Shown: positions 12,131 through 21,889, counted from the first letter of the stretch. The stretch is 64,000 nucleotides of DNA from an uncultured Chloroflexia bacterium (GCA_963708015.1 OY970185.1:471402-535401); one strand, 5' to 3'. Notes: generated by a model from the sequence alone, not told the origin. A program made the numbers and translations.

Positions 12131-12949
12131 ATGACGGACCATGAGCCTCCCCTGCGGCTCGAGCGGACCGGCCACGACGGCGTCGTGGCCCACCTGACCC
12201 TGGCCCGCCCGGAGCGCCACAACGCGTTCGATGCGTCGCTGATCGCCCAGCTCCGAACGACCTTCGCCGGGCTGGCGAATGAGCCGCCGGAGCGCCTCCG
12301 GGTCGTCGTCCTGGCCGGCGACGGGCCGTCGTTCTGTGCCGGCGCCGACATCGCCTGGATGCGCGCCGCGCTCGAGCTCGAGCTCGAGGCAAACGAGCAG
12401 GACGCGATGGCGATGGCCGAGATGTTCGAGGCGATCGACACCTGTCCAGTCCCGGTTATCGCCCGGGTCCACGGCGCGGCGCTCGGGGGCGGAACCGGCC
12501 TGTGTGCGGTGAGCGACCTCGTGATCGCCGAGTCGGGCACCCGGTTTGGCTTCACCGAGACCCGGCTGGGCATCCTGCCCGCGGTCATCTCGCCCTTCGT
12601 CGTGGCCAAGATCGGCGAGAGCCAGGCCAGGGCGCTCTTCCCGCCCGGTCGCCGGTTCGGTGCCGTCCGGGCCGAGCGGATCGGGCTCGTCCACGAGCTG
12701 GCTGAGGGGGCCGATGCCCTCGATGCGGCCGTTGCCTCGGCCGTGAGCGATGTCCTCGCGGCCGGTCCCACGGCAGCTCGGGCGGCCAAGGCGGTCGTGC
12801 GCGAAGTCCGCGGCTTGCCCCACGGGTCGTCGAAATGGCACACGGCGAGGGTGATTGCCCGACAGCGCCGCACTCCCGAGGCCCAGGAGGGCCTCCGGGC
12901 ATTTGCCGAGAAGCGGCCGCCCAGCTGGACGAATCAGGGCGGCGAGTAG
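12131..12949 (+). CDS. enoyl-CoA hydratase/isomerase (crotonase) family, probably methylglutaconyl-CoA hydratase given context
   Basis: Crotonase fold with oxyanion-hole region FCAGADI and GAALGGG; lies within the MCC/HMGL cluster. Confidence 0.75.
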   Translation: MTDHEPPLRLERTGHDGVVAHLTLARPERHNAFDASLIAQLRTTFAGLANEPPERLRVVVLAGDGPSFCAGADIAWMRAALELELEANEQDAMAMAEMFEAIDTCPVPVIARVHGAALGGGTGLCAVSDLVIAESGTRFGFTETRLGILPAVISPFVVAKIGESQARALFPPGRRFGAVRAERIGLVHELAEGADALDAAVASAVSDVLAAGPTAARAAKAVVREVRGLPHGSSKWHTARVIARQRRTPEAQEGLRAFAEKRPPSWTNQGGE

Positions 12950-13027
12950 TTCCGGGCAGAAAGATTGAGTCGCTCCGGAGGTGCTCGCTCCCATAGTTGA
13001 CGAGCGTCATCTCCAGGTGACGCCGCG

Positions 13028-13588
13028 ATGGGTGGGCAGATGGATACCGACCTCGTGGTTCGGGCCCAGCACGGCGATGAAGAGGCCTTCGCGAACCTCG
13101 CCCTCGCCGCCAGTGGCCGGCTGCACGCGGTCTCGTACAGGATCCTGCGCGACGTCCACCTCGCCGAAGACGCGACGCAGCAGGCGCTGCTGAGCATCTG
13201 GCGAGACCTGCCCCAGCTCCGCGACCCGGCGCTGTTTGACGCCTGGTCGTACCGGCTCCTTGTGCGCGCCTGCTACGCCGAGGGTCGCCGGAGTCGCCAG
13301 GTCGGCGCGAATCTCCATCTTCTGAAGCTCGATGAACCGGGGGTCACCGGGGGCATGAGCGGGGTCGTCGATCGCGACGAGCTCGAGCGGGGGTTCCGGC
13401 GACTGTCAATCGAACATCGCGCCGTGGTCGTCCTGCATCACTACGCCGACCTGCCGGTGGACCAGGTCGCCGAGATCCTCGGCGTCCCGACCGGCACGGT
13501 CCGATCTCGTCTATTCCATGCGATGCGCGGGCTTCGCGCGGCCATCGAGGCCGACGCTCGGCCGGTCCTGCGGGAGGTCGCCCAGTGA
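13028..13588 (+). CDS. ECF (sigma-70 family) RNA polymerase sigma factor
   Basis: Region 2 (AEDATQQALLSIW) and region 4 (DQVAEILGVPTGTVRSRLFHAMRGL) signatures; stop overlaps the downstream start (ATGA). Confidence 0.85.
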   Translation: MGGQMDTDLVVRAQHGDEEAFANLALAASGRLHAVSYRILRDVHLAEDATQQALLSIWRDLPQLRDPALFDAWSYRLLVRACYAEGRRSRQVGANLHLLKLDEPGVTGGMSGVVDRDELERGFRRLSIEHRAVVVLHHYADLPVDQVAEILGVPTGTVRSRLFHAMRGLRAAIEADARPVLREVAQ

Positions 13589-14487
13589 GCACCGATCGCG
13601 AGGTCACCAGCATCGTCCGGTCGTGGCTGGAGGAGGGAGTGAACACGCTTCCGGACCGCGTCCTTGACAGCGTGCTCGACCAACTACCGGCGACGCCACA
13701 ACGCCGAGCCTGGTGGCCCGGGTGGAGGTTACCCAAGGTGAATCATCAAGTTCGGATCGCCGTCGGAGCGGTCGCCCTGCTTGTCCTCGCCCTCATCGCG
13801 TTCTCGTTCGGGCCGAAGGCGGGTGGGGTCGGAGGATCGACGTCGACGGCCAGTCCCAGCCCGAGCGTCCTGGTCGACTTCACCGGTCGATTGCCAGCCG
13901 GAACCTTTGTCGCGGGGGACCCATTCCCGATTCGGGTCACGTTCAGCGTGCCGGCTGGCTGGCAGGCCGAGATCCCGGGGCCCTATGCGGTGTTCCTGAC
14001 GAAACCCCAGGGACCAGCCTCGGTGAACTTCTCGATCTTCAGCGACGTGGACGCAAATCCATGTCACGCCCGGGGCCTGCTCACCCCACCACCCGGACCC
14101 ACCGTGGATGAGCTCGCGACCGCACTGGCGAATCTTCCCGGCCTGGTGCAAACGGCTCCCACTGCCGTCACCTTCGGTGGCTACTCCGGCAAGCAGCTGA
14201 CGCTCACTGCGCCGGCCACGTTCGGTCAGTGCATCTTGACCGCGGACGGAACGTTCGAGGTCTGGCGGCTCCCTCTGGAAGCGACGAATGACCTGACCCC
14301 CGGCGAAAGCGATCGGGTGTGGATCCTCGACGTTGCGGGCCAACGCCTCGTGATCGATGCGCCGCAGAGGCCAGGCGAGACCGCCCAGGATTCGGCCGAG
14401 GTCCAGAGTGTCCTGGACTCGATCCGGCTCGCGCCCCCACCCACGCCGTCCTCAGCACCGAGCTTGCCGGCCGGCACGACGCCATGA
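13585..14487 (+). CDS. putative anti-sigma factor, single-pass membrane protein with extracytoplasmic domain
   Basis: Translationally coupled to the ECF sigma; short cytoplasmic N-terminus, one TM helix (IAVGAVALLVLALIAF), Ser/Pro-rich linker, roughly 200-aa outside domain. Confidence 0.6.
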   Translation: MSTDREVTSIVRSWLEEGVNTLPDRVLDSVLDQLPATPQRRAWWPGWRLPKVNHQVRIAVGAVALLVLALIAFSFGPKAGGVGGSTSTASPSPSVLVDFTGRLPAGTFVAGDPFPIRVTFSVPAGWQAEIPGPYAVFLTKPQGPASVNFSIFSDVDANPCHARGLLTPPPGPTVDELATALANLPGLVQTAPTAVTFGGYSGKQLTLTAPATFGQCILTADGTFEVWRLPLEATNDLTPGESDRVWILDVAGQRLVIDAPQRPGETAQDSAEVQSVLDSIRLAPPPTPSSAPSLPAGTTP

Positions 14488-14566
14488 CCTGATCGGGGTC
14501 CCTGGCTTCGCGGGCACGGAAGGGTCGCTTGCCAGGTGTGGGCCGAAACACGACAATCGCGTCACG

Positions 14567-16654
14567 ATGCCCGATGAGCTGACGCCACGCCAGGCTGCCG
14601 AGCGCCTCGGGGCAACGACCCGTTCGGTTCAGCGCTGGATCGCCGACGGATCGCTGCCAGCCAGGCGGGTTGGCGGTCGATGGCGTGTCGCTTCTGGCGC
14701 GATTGACGCGTACGAACAGAGGACACCAGACTTCGAACGGCTCAAGGCTTCGCCGATCGATCCGATCCGGACTGTCTTCATCGCCAACCGGGGTGAGATC
14801 GCCGTCCGGATCCGGCGATCGGCCGAGGCCCTCGGGATCCGGGTCGTCGTGCCCGGGATGGGCGCCGCTCCGGCGGTGGACCTGCTCGACATCGAGGCGC
14901 TCGTGAGCGCGGCCCGGGCGGCCGGCGCTGACGCCGTTCACCCCGGGTTTGGCTTCCTGTCCGAGAACGCCGACTTCGCCGAGGCCGTCGAGCGGGCCGG
15001 GATCCGCTGGGTCGGGCCGCCCGGCAGCGCAATCCGGGCGATGGGCGACAAGGCGTCGGCCCGCCGGCTGGCTGCAAGCCTGGGGATTCCGGTCGTGCCC
15101 GGCTACGACGGCGACGACCAATCGGACGCGGGGCTGCTCGAAGCGGCCCGGCAGATCGCCGGGAGCAAGACCGGGCGCGACCAACGCGGGCACGCGGTCC
15201 TGATCAAGCCGGCGGCCGGGGGCGGCGGCAAGGGCATGCGGGTCGTGGATCGGCTCGACCCACCTGAACGGTTCATCGAGGCGCTCGAAACGGCCCGGCG
15301 AGAGGCGGCTGCCGCCTTCGGCGACGATCGCCTCATCCTCGAGCGCTTCCTGGACGGGCCCCGCCACGTCGAGATCCAGGTCCTGTTCGACGGGCTCGGC
15401 CTGGGCGTCCACCTCGGCGAGCGCGACTGCTCGCTCCAGCGGCGCCACCAGAAGGTCTTCGAGGAGAGTCCGTCGCCGGCGGTCGACGAGGACCTCCGGC
15501 AGCGCCTTGGGCAGGCTGCCCTGACCCTCGCCGGGTCGGTCGGCTATCGCTCGGCTGGGACCTGCGAGTTCCTGCTTGACGACGATGGCCGGTACCACTT
15601 CCTCGAGATGAATACCCGGCTCCAGGTCGAGCATCCGGTGACCGAGCTGATCACCGGCCGGGATCTCGTGGCCGACCAGCTCCGGATCGCCGCCGGCGAA
15701 CCTCTCGGCTTCGACCAGGCCGAGGCCGACGCGGCCCGGGCCGGCGGCGGTCACGCGATCGAGGTCCGGCTGTACGCCGAGGATCCCGACGCCGGCTTCC
15801 TGCCCTCGGTCGGTCGAATCGAGGCGCTCCGCTGGCCCGGGGCCGGCGTCCGGGTCGATTCGGGGATCGAGGCCGGCTCGGTCGTCGACCTGCGGTTCGA
15901 TCCGATGCTGGCCAAGGTGATCGTCGGCGGACCGACCCGAACCGAGGCCCTGGCCCGGCTCGAGCAGGCGCTGGACGAGACCGTCGTCCTGGGCGTGGTG
16001 ACGAACCTTCACTTCCTGCGCTGGCTGGCCACCCAACCGATCGTCCAGGCCGGCGAGGCGCGGATCGACACGCTCGAGCAGATCTGGCCACCAGCCGGCG
16101 AGGCATCGGCCGAGGGACCGAGCGAGATCGCCTGGGAGGCCGCCGCCTGCACCCTCGCAACGACCGGCGGAGACGGCTGGCGATTGAACGGGCCGGCCCG
16201 AATCCGGCTCGAATCGGGTGGGCTGGAACGCTCCGTCGAGCTCGACGGTCGCGCCGGACGCCTGCTGGCCGTCGTCGACGAGGCCGGCACCGTCTTCGTC
16301 GACGATGACGGCCGGAGCGTGGCGTTCCGGCTCGCGCCACCGCCAGACGTCGATCGAGCCGCCCGCGCTGCGGCCGGCCACGCGTCGGGCGGAGCGCTCG
16401 AGGTCCGCTCGCCGATGCCCGGCCGGGTGCTGGCCGTCCACGTCGGAGCCGGCGCGACCGTTGCGGCCGGCCAGCCGCTCGTGATGATCGAGGCGATGAA
16501 GATGGAGCACGTCGTGACGTCGCCGGCCGGCGGGACGATCGATGAGGTTCTCGTCGCGCGGGGCGAGCAGGTCAATCGCGGCCAGCCGCTGGTCGGCCTG
16601 ACCGCCGGGACGCGAGGCGCTACCGTAGTCGGGCAGATGGAGGAACAACCATGA
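14567..16654 (+). CDS. mccA: methylcrotonyl-CoA carboxylase alpha subunit (biotin carboxylase + BCCP) with N-terminal excisionase/MerR-type HTH extension
   Basis: BC domain (IANRGEIAVRI..., GGGGKGMRVV, EMNTRLQVEHPVTE), C-terminal biotinyl domain with EAMKME; the first roughly 55 aa (LTPRQAAERLGATTRSVQRWIADGSLPARRVGGRWRV) look like an HTH_17 DNA-binding domain fused in frame. Confidence 0.85.
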   Translation: MPDELTPRQAAERLGATTRSVQRWIADGSLPARRVGGRWRVASGAIDAYEQRTPDFERLKASPIDPIRTVFIANRGEIAVRIRRSAEALGIRVVVPGMGAAPAVDLLDIEALVSAARAAGADAVHPGFGFLSENADFAEAVERAGIRWVGPPGSAIRAMGDKASARRLAASLGIPVVPGYDGDDQSDAGLLEAARQIAGSKTGRDQRGHAVLIKPAAGGGGKGMRVVDRLDPPERFIEALETARREAAAAFGDDRLILERFLDGPRHVEIQVLFDGLGLGVHLGERDCSLQRRHQKVFEESPSPAVDEDLRQRLGQAALTLAGSVGYRSAGTCEFLLDDDGRYHFLEMNTRLQVEHPVTELITGRDLVADQLRIAAGEPLGFDQAEADAARAGGGHAIEVRLYAEDPDAGFLPSVGRIEALRWPGAGVRVDSGIEAGSVVDLRFDPMLAKVIVGGPTRTEALARLEQALDETVVLGVVTNLHFLRWLATQPIVQAGEARIDTLEQIWPPAGEASAEGPSEIAWEAAACTLATTGGDGWRLNGPARIRLESGGLERSVELDGRAGRLLAVVDEAGTVFVDDDGRSVAFRLAPPPDVDRAARAAAGHASGGALEVRSPMPGRVLAVHVGAGATVAAGQPLVMIEAMKMEHVVTSPAGGTIDEVLVARGEQVNRGQPLVGLTAGTRGATVVGQMEEQP

Positions 16655-16851
16655 CCGACGCCCTGCCCGCCACCCGGTCCGAGCTCCTGGCCCTCCACGC
16701 GGCGGCCCGCCGCCGGCGCGACGGCGCGAAGCTGGGCGGGCCGGAGTACCGGGCGGCCTGCGAGGAGGTCTCGGCGATCGAGGTCCAGATCGCCCGGATC
16801 GAGATCGGCGGCAACGCGGCCGGCAAGACCGCCGGCCCGACCGCCGGCTGA
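16651..16851 (+). CDS. small hypothetical protein (66 aa), translationally coupled to mccA
   Basis: ATGA overlap with the mccA stop; sits between mccA and the HMG-CoA lyase gene; no homology recognised. Confidence 0.3.
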   Translation: MTDALPATRSELLALHAAARRRRDGAKLGGPEYRAACEEVSAIEVQIARIEIGGNAAGKTAGPTAG

Positions 16852-16860
16852 GCCACGCCG

Positions 16861-17830
16861 ATGGCGGCCGCAGCCGACCCCGACCGAAGGGTCCGGATCT
16901 ACGAGGTCGGGCCGCGCGACGGCCTCCAGAACGAGGCCCGCCCGGTCGCCACAGCAGACAAGCTCCGCTTCATCGAGCTCCTGGCGGCGGCCGGGCTGAC
17001 CGAGATCGAGGCGACGAGCTTCGTCCGCCCCTCGGCGATCCCCCAGCTGGCCGACGCCGACGAGCTCCTCCGGGCGCTTGTTCGAGGGCCGGAGGGCGAG
17101 CCGCGCGGCCGAGCCGTCGTTCGCTACCCCGTCCTCGTCCCGAACGAGCGGGGCCTGGCCCGGGCAGAGGCGGCCGGGGCCGATGCGCTGGCCGTCTTCA
17201 CGGCGGCTTCGGACGCGTTCACGGAGCACAACATCGGGATGACGATCGACGAGTCGATCGAAGCGTTTCGACCGGTCCTGGCCCGGGCCAGCGCGCTGGG
17301 CTGGTGGCGGCGGGCCTACGTCTCGACCGCCTTTGGCTGCCCGTACGTCGGGGCGATCGAGCCGTCGGCTGCCGTGGAGGTTGCCCTGCGCCTGGCCGAG
17401 CTGGGCGTTGACGAGATCTGTTTCGGCGACACGATCGGAGTGGGCGTACCCGACCAGGTCGAAACGCTGACGGGGCTGGCGGTCGAGGCGGGTCTCGCGG
17501 TCGAGCAGATCGCCGTCCATTTCCACGACACCCGGGGCACCGCCCTGGCCAACGTTGCGGCCGGCCTGCGGGCGGGAATCCGGACGTTCGATGCCTCGGC
17601 CGGCGGCACCGGGGGCTGCCCCTATGCGCCCGGTGCTGCGGGCAACCTGGCCACCGAGGACCTCGTCTACTTCCTCGACGCGTCGGGCTGGCAGCCACGG
17701 CGTTCGCCTGGCCGGAGTGCTCGCGGCCGCCCGCTTCATCTCGGACTGCCTCGGACGGCCGCTGGCCTCGAAGGTCGGCCAGGCCGGCGGCTGGGATCCG
17801 GGCACCGGCGCCGCCACCGCGCGGCCCTGA
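16861..17830 (+). CDS. hydroxymethylglutaryl-CoA lyase, interrupted by a single frameshift near 17690
   Basis: DRE_TIM/HMGL sequence (VGPRDGLQNE, FHDTRGTALANV, GGCPYAPGAAGNLATEDLVYFLD). The conserved C-terminus (GVRLAGVLAAARFISDCLGRPLASKV) continues in a different frame (track ORF 17555..17830). Confidence 0.8.
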
Positions 17831-17843
17831 TAGCATCCGCCCC

Positions 17844-18359
17844 ATGGACGGTGCGGTCCTCGTGCTGAACCAGAATTACGAACCGCTCAACGTGTGCAAT
17901 CTGCCGCGCGCGTTCCGGCTCGTCTTCGGCGAGAAGGCCGAGGTGATCGAGTACGACCACCAGATGATCCGCACGCCCCGCCAGGAATTCCGGGCGCCGA
18001 GCGTCATCCGGCTCCAGCACCACATTCGCCGGCCGCGGCCGCGGGTCAAGCTGACCCGGCGCGAGATCTTCGCCCGGGACGGTCATCGCTGCCAGTACTG
18101 CGGGCGCCAGGCCAGCGACCTGACCCTCGACCACGTGATCCCCCGCCATCGGGGCGGCGCCCACAGCTGGGAGAACCTGGTGGCAGCGTGCAAAACGTGC
18201 AACCACCGCAAGGGCGGCAAGACGCTCGACGAAGCCCGTCTCCGGCTGGTCCATCCCCCGTTCGAGCCGCGCAGCGACGTCTATTCCCTGTTCACGCCGT
18301 ATCTCACCGATGAACGGAACGAGGCCTGGCGGGGCTACCTCTTCCTCGGCCGGAACTGA
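17844..18359 (+). CDS. HNH endonuclease family protein
   Basis: HNH motif region CQYCGRQASDLTLDHVIPRHRGGAHSWENLVAACKTCNHRKG. Confidence 0.8.
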   Translation: MDGAVLVLNQNYEPLNVCNLPRAFRLVFGEKAEVIEYDHQMIRTPRQEFRAPSVIRLQHHIRRPRPRVKLTRREIFARDGHRCQYCGRQASDLTLDHVIPRHRGGAHSWENLVAACKTCNHRKGGKTLDEARLRLVHPPFEPRSDVYSLFTPYLTDERNEAWRGYLFLGRN

Positions 18360-18484
18360 CGGCCGGTCCCGGGCCGCCCCAGCTGGTCACGAACGAAGCC
18401 GACGGTCCGCTGGCGGCCCGGATTCCGGCGCCTGTCCGGGAGATCCTGGCCAGCCTCGAGGCTGACGGGCGGGCCGGCTGGGTC

Positions 18485-19748
18485 GTGGGCGGCTCGCTCC
18501 GCGACCTGCTCCTCGGCCGGACGCCCCACGACTGGGACATGGCCACCGACGCCCGTCCGGAGCAGATCCAGGCGCTCTTCCCGAATGCCCGCTATGAGAA
18601 CGCCTTCGGAACGGTCGCCCTCGAGCGGGACGGCGTCGAGTACCAGATCACGACGTTCCGGCGGGACCACGACTACGCCGACTTCCGACGACCCCACCGG
18701 GTCGAGTTCGGGACGACGATCGAGGAGGACCTCGCCCGGCGCGACTTCACGGTCAACGCCCTGGCCTGGGGTGCCGTGCCCGGGGCCGGACCGAGCCTGG
18801 TCGATCCCTTCGGCGGCCGGGCCGACCTCGAGCGACGTCGCCTGGTTGCGGTCGGAGTGCCCGACGATCGCTTCGGCGAGGATGCCCTGCGGATGATCCG
18901 GGCCGTCCGGCTGGTCGCCCAGCTCGAGTTCACGATCGGCCCGACCACCCTCGCGGCGATCACCCGCCACGTCGAGCTAGTCAGGCACCTGTCGGGCGAG
19001 CGAATCGCGAGCGAGCTGGAGCGGCTCCTGACCGCCCAGCGGCCGTCGCTCGGCCTGCGCCTGCTGGAAGGGACCGGGCCTGCTCCGCCAGGTCTCGGTC
19101 GAGCTGGCCGACCAGCGCGGCGTGGCCCAGGCCAAGATCAGCGGTGACGACCTGTGGGATCACACCGTGCGAGCCGTCGATGCCGTACCGGCGCACCTCG
19201 GCGTCGTCCGCCTGGCCGCGCTCGTCCACGACATCGGCAAGCCGGCCACGGCCAGCGACGGCCACTTCATCGGCCACGACGCGGTCGGCGGCGATCTGGC
19301 CGAGGCACTCCTGACCCGGCTCCACTTCCCGCGGAAGGCTGTCGAGCGGGTCGGCCTGCTCGTCCGCAATCACATGTTCAACTACGAGCCGACCTGGAGC
19401 GACACGGCGGTCCGCCGGCTCATCGGCCGCCTCGGCCCGCCAGCCCTGGCCGAGCTGATCGCCCTGCGACGGGCGGACAACGTGGGCAGCGGGCTGCCGG
19501 CGGGGGCCGGCGATCTCGACGAGTTCGAGGCCCGGATCACCGAGCAGCTCCAGGCCCAGGCGGTCCTCGACCGGTCCGGCCTGGCGATCGACGGCGACGA
19601 CCTGATCCGCGAGCTCGGCCTGACCCAGGGACCTGCCCTCGGGATGATCCTCGACCGGTTAGTCGAGGTCGTGATCAACGATCCCGGTCAGAATGACGCT
19701 CCGACCCTGATGCTGCGGGCCCAGGCGATGCTCTCGGAGGATCGATGA
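18485..19748 (+). CDS. cca: CCA tRNA nucleotidyltransferase (head domain + HD domain), split by a frameshift near 19075; N-terminal start unclear
   Basis: GGSLRDLLLGR and DxD motifs in 18485..19147; HD-domain half (LAALVHDIGKP, GHD) in 19122..19748 in another frame. The conserved N-terminal region upstream of 18485 is open back to a stop at 18311 but has no ATG/GTG/TTG. Confidence 0.75.
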
Positions 19749-20134
19749 TCGAATTGATGGTCCAGGCCGAGCAGGCCCTCGACCTGGGGCTGGTGGACCA
19801 GGCGGACAAGATCTACCAGCAGGTCGCGTCGGCCGATCCTCACAACGCGATGGCGGTGGTCGGCCTGGCCCGGGTGCGGCTCGAACGGGGCGACCAGGCC
19901 GGTGCCCACGAGCTGGCCCTCCAGGCCCTGCTGATCGATCCCGAGAACAGCGCCGCCCTCAGGCTGGAGGCGCGCCTGCGCGAGGTGCTGGCCGGGGCGG
20001 GCCAGACGGTCGCCGGGCCGCCGGCGGTCGGCGCGGCCCCGACAAAACCGGGTCCCGCCCGGGAGACGTCAGGCGATCTCGTCGGCGCCGGCAAGCCGGG
20101 CCTCGTCGCGCGACTCTTCGGCCGCTCCCGATGA
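19745..20134 (+). CDS. TPR-repeat protein (small)
   Basis: Two TPR-like helical repeats; ATGA overlaps with the cca stop and galE start. Confidence 0.5.
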   Translation: MIELMVQAEQALDLGLVDQADKIYQQVASADPHNAMAVVGLARVRLERGDQAGAHELALQALLIDPENSAALRLEARLREVLAGAGQTVAGPPAVGAAPTKPGPARETSGDLVGAGKPGLVARLFGRSR

Positions 20135-21126
20135 GGATCCTCGTGAGCGGTGGGGCGGGCTACGTCGGCTCGGTTACCGTGGAGCGCCTGCTGGCCGAGG
20201 GCCACGCGGTGGGCGTCCTCGACGACTGCTCGACCGGGCATGCCGGGTCGGTCCCGGCCGAGGCCGCCTTCAGCCGATCGAGCTACGCCGACCAGGCGGC
20301 CGTCGAGCGACTCCTGCGCGACCAGGGAATCGAGGCGATCCTCCACTGCGCCGCCCGGTCGCTCGTGGGCGAGTCCATCCGGGACCCGGCGATCTACTAC
20401 CGGTCGAACATCGTGGGCGGCGTCGCCCTGCTCGAGGCAGCCCGGGCCGCCGGCGTGAACCGGTTCGTGTTCAGCTCGACCGCCGCCGTCTACGGCGTGC
20501 CCGAGACGATCCCGATCACCGAGTCGGCCCCGCTCGCTCCGATCAATCCCTACGGCGAGTCGAAGCGGACGTTCGAAGGGGCCCTCCGCTGGTACGGCAC
20601 GGCCTACGGCCTGCGCAGCATCGCCCTGCGCTACTTCAACGTGGCCGGGGCGACGGAGCGGAATGGCGAGTCGCACGATCCGGAGACGCATCTGATCCCG
20701 AACATCCTGGCCGCGGTCGAGTCGGGCCGGCCGGTGACCCTCTTCGGGGACGACTACCCGACCCCCGACGGCACCCCGATCCGGGACTACATCCACGTCG
20801 AGGACCTGGCCACGGCTCATCTCTCGGCCCTCGAGGCGACCGGCCCGGAGCCGTCGGACGGGGACCCGTACACGGCGCTCAACCTGGGCACCGGCACCGG
20901 CTTCAGCGTGCGCCAGGTGCTGGCGGCAGCCGAGACGGTCATCGGCCGGCCGATCGCCTCGACGATCGGCCCGCGCAGGCCCGGCGATCCGCCCGTCCTG
21001 GTGGCCGCCGCGGAGCGCGCCCGGGAGGTCCTCGCCTGGACGCCGCAGCAGGGCAGCCTGACCGAGATGATCGGCTCGGCCTGGGCCTGGCGCCGAGCGC
21101 ACCCCGACGGCTACCCGGACCGCTGA
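20131..21126 (+). CDS. galE: UDP-glucose 4-epimerase
   Basis: Rossmann GGAGYVGS, catalytic YGESK, SDR-extended epimerase sequence throughout. Confidence 0.85.
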   Translation: MRILVSGGAGYVGSVTVERLLAEGHAVGVLDDCSTGHAGSVPAEAAFSRSSYADQAAVERLLRDQGIEAILHCAARSLVGESIRDPAIYYRSNIVGGVALLEAARAAGVNRFVFSSTAAVYGVPETIPITESAPLAPINPYGESKRTFEGALRWYGTAYGLRSIALRYFNVAGATERNGESHDPETHLIPNILAAVESGRPVTLFGDDYPTPDGTPIRDYIHVEDLATAHLSALEATGPEPSDGDPYTALNLGTGTGFSVRQVLAAAETVIGRPIASTIGPRRPGDPPVLVAAAERAREVLAWTPQQGSLTEMIGSAWAWRRAHPDGYPDR

Positions 21127-21187
21127 CCCGACGACCGGCTGAGGGCCGGCCAATGGAGCGCCCGGCCGGGACGGGTATCCTTGGTCG

Positions 21188-21889
21188 ATGGATGCGATGG
21201 CGGAACCGGCTCGAAGCGACCTGCGCCCACAGCGCTTCGGTCGCCAGGACGGCCGGCGGGTCAAGGATCCCCTGATCGAGCCGATCTGGGCCGGCGAGCG
21301 CGTCCTGGCCCACGTCGAGCTGACCGGGCCGCGGGCCGCGGCCGGACCGTTCGTGGCGATCCAGGATGAGGAGGGCGAGCTGCTCGAGGGCTACCCCGAG
21401 GTTGCGGCAGCACTGGCCGAGGCGACCCTGGCCACCTCCCTCGTGCTCGACGGCTATCTCACCGACCGGGTCGAGCGCGGGCCCGAAGGGCTGGCCCTGA
21501 CCGCGGTCAAGACGCCCACCTCGAACGACATGATGCGCCAGCTCCTGATGGGCGGTGGGCGGCGCCACGACGAGCTCTACTCGGAGCCACGCCCGACCGT
21601 GGTCGAGCCGGCCGGCGTGACCGCCTTCGTGGCGATCGACCTCCTGGTCGTCGACGATGAGGAGATCCTCGATGTTCCGCTCCTCGAGCGAAAGCGCGTG
21701 CTCGAGAGCGTCCTCGAGGAGAACCGGCTCGTCCGGCGCGGGATCTACGTCCGTCCGCCGCTCGACGCCTGGCTGATCTCGTGGCGTTCGATCGGCTTCC
21801 AGACCGTCGCCTACAAGGCCGCCAACGGCCGCTACCAGCCGGGCCTCGACAACGACGGCTGGGCGACCGCGAAGATCCCGACCCGCTAG
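21188..21889 (+). CDS. ATP-dependent DNA ligase-like adenylation-domain protein with degenerate motif I (IWAGER instead of KxDGxR)
   Basis: Ligase motifs III-V recognisable (LVLDGYL, FVAIDLLVVD, EGLALTAVK) but the catalytic lysine position reads EPIWAGERV. Confidence 0.45.
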   Translation: MDAMAEPARSDLRPQRFGRQDGRRVKDPLIEPIWAGERVLAHVELTGPRAAAGPFVAIQDEEGELLEGYPEVAAALAEATLATSLVLDGYLTDRVERGPEGLALTAVKTPTSNDMMRQLLMGGGRRHDELYSEPRPTVVEPAGVTAFVAIDLLVVDDEEILDVPLLERKRVLESVLEENRLVRRGIYVRPPLDAWLISWRSIGFQTVAYKAANGRYQPGLDNDGWATAKIPTR

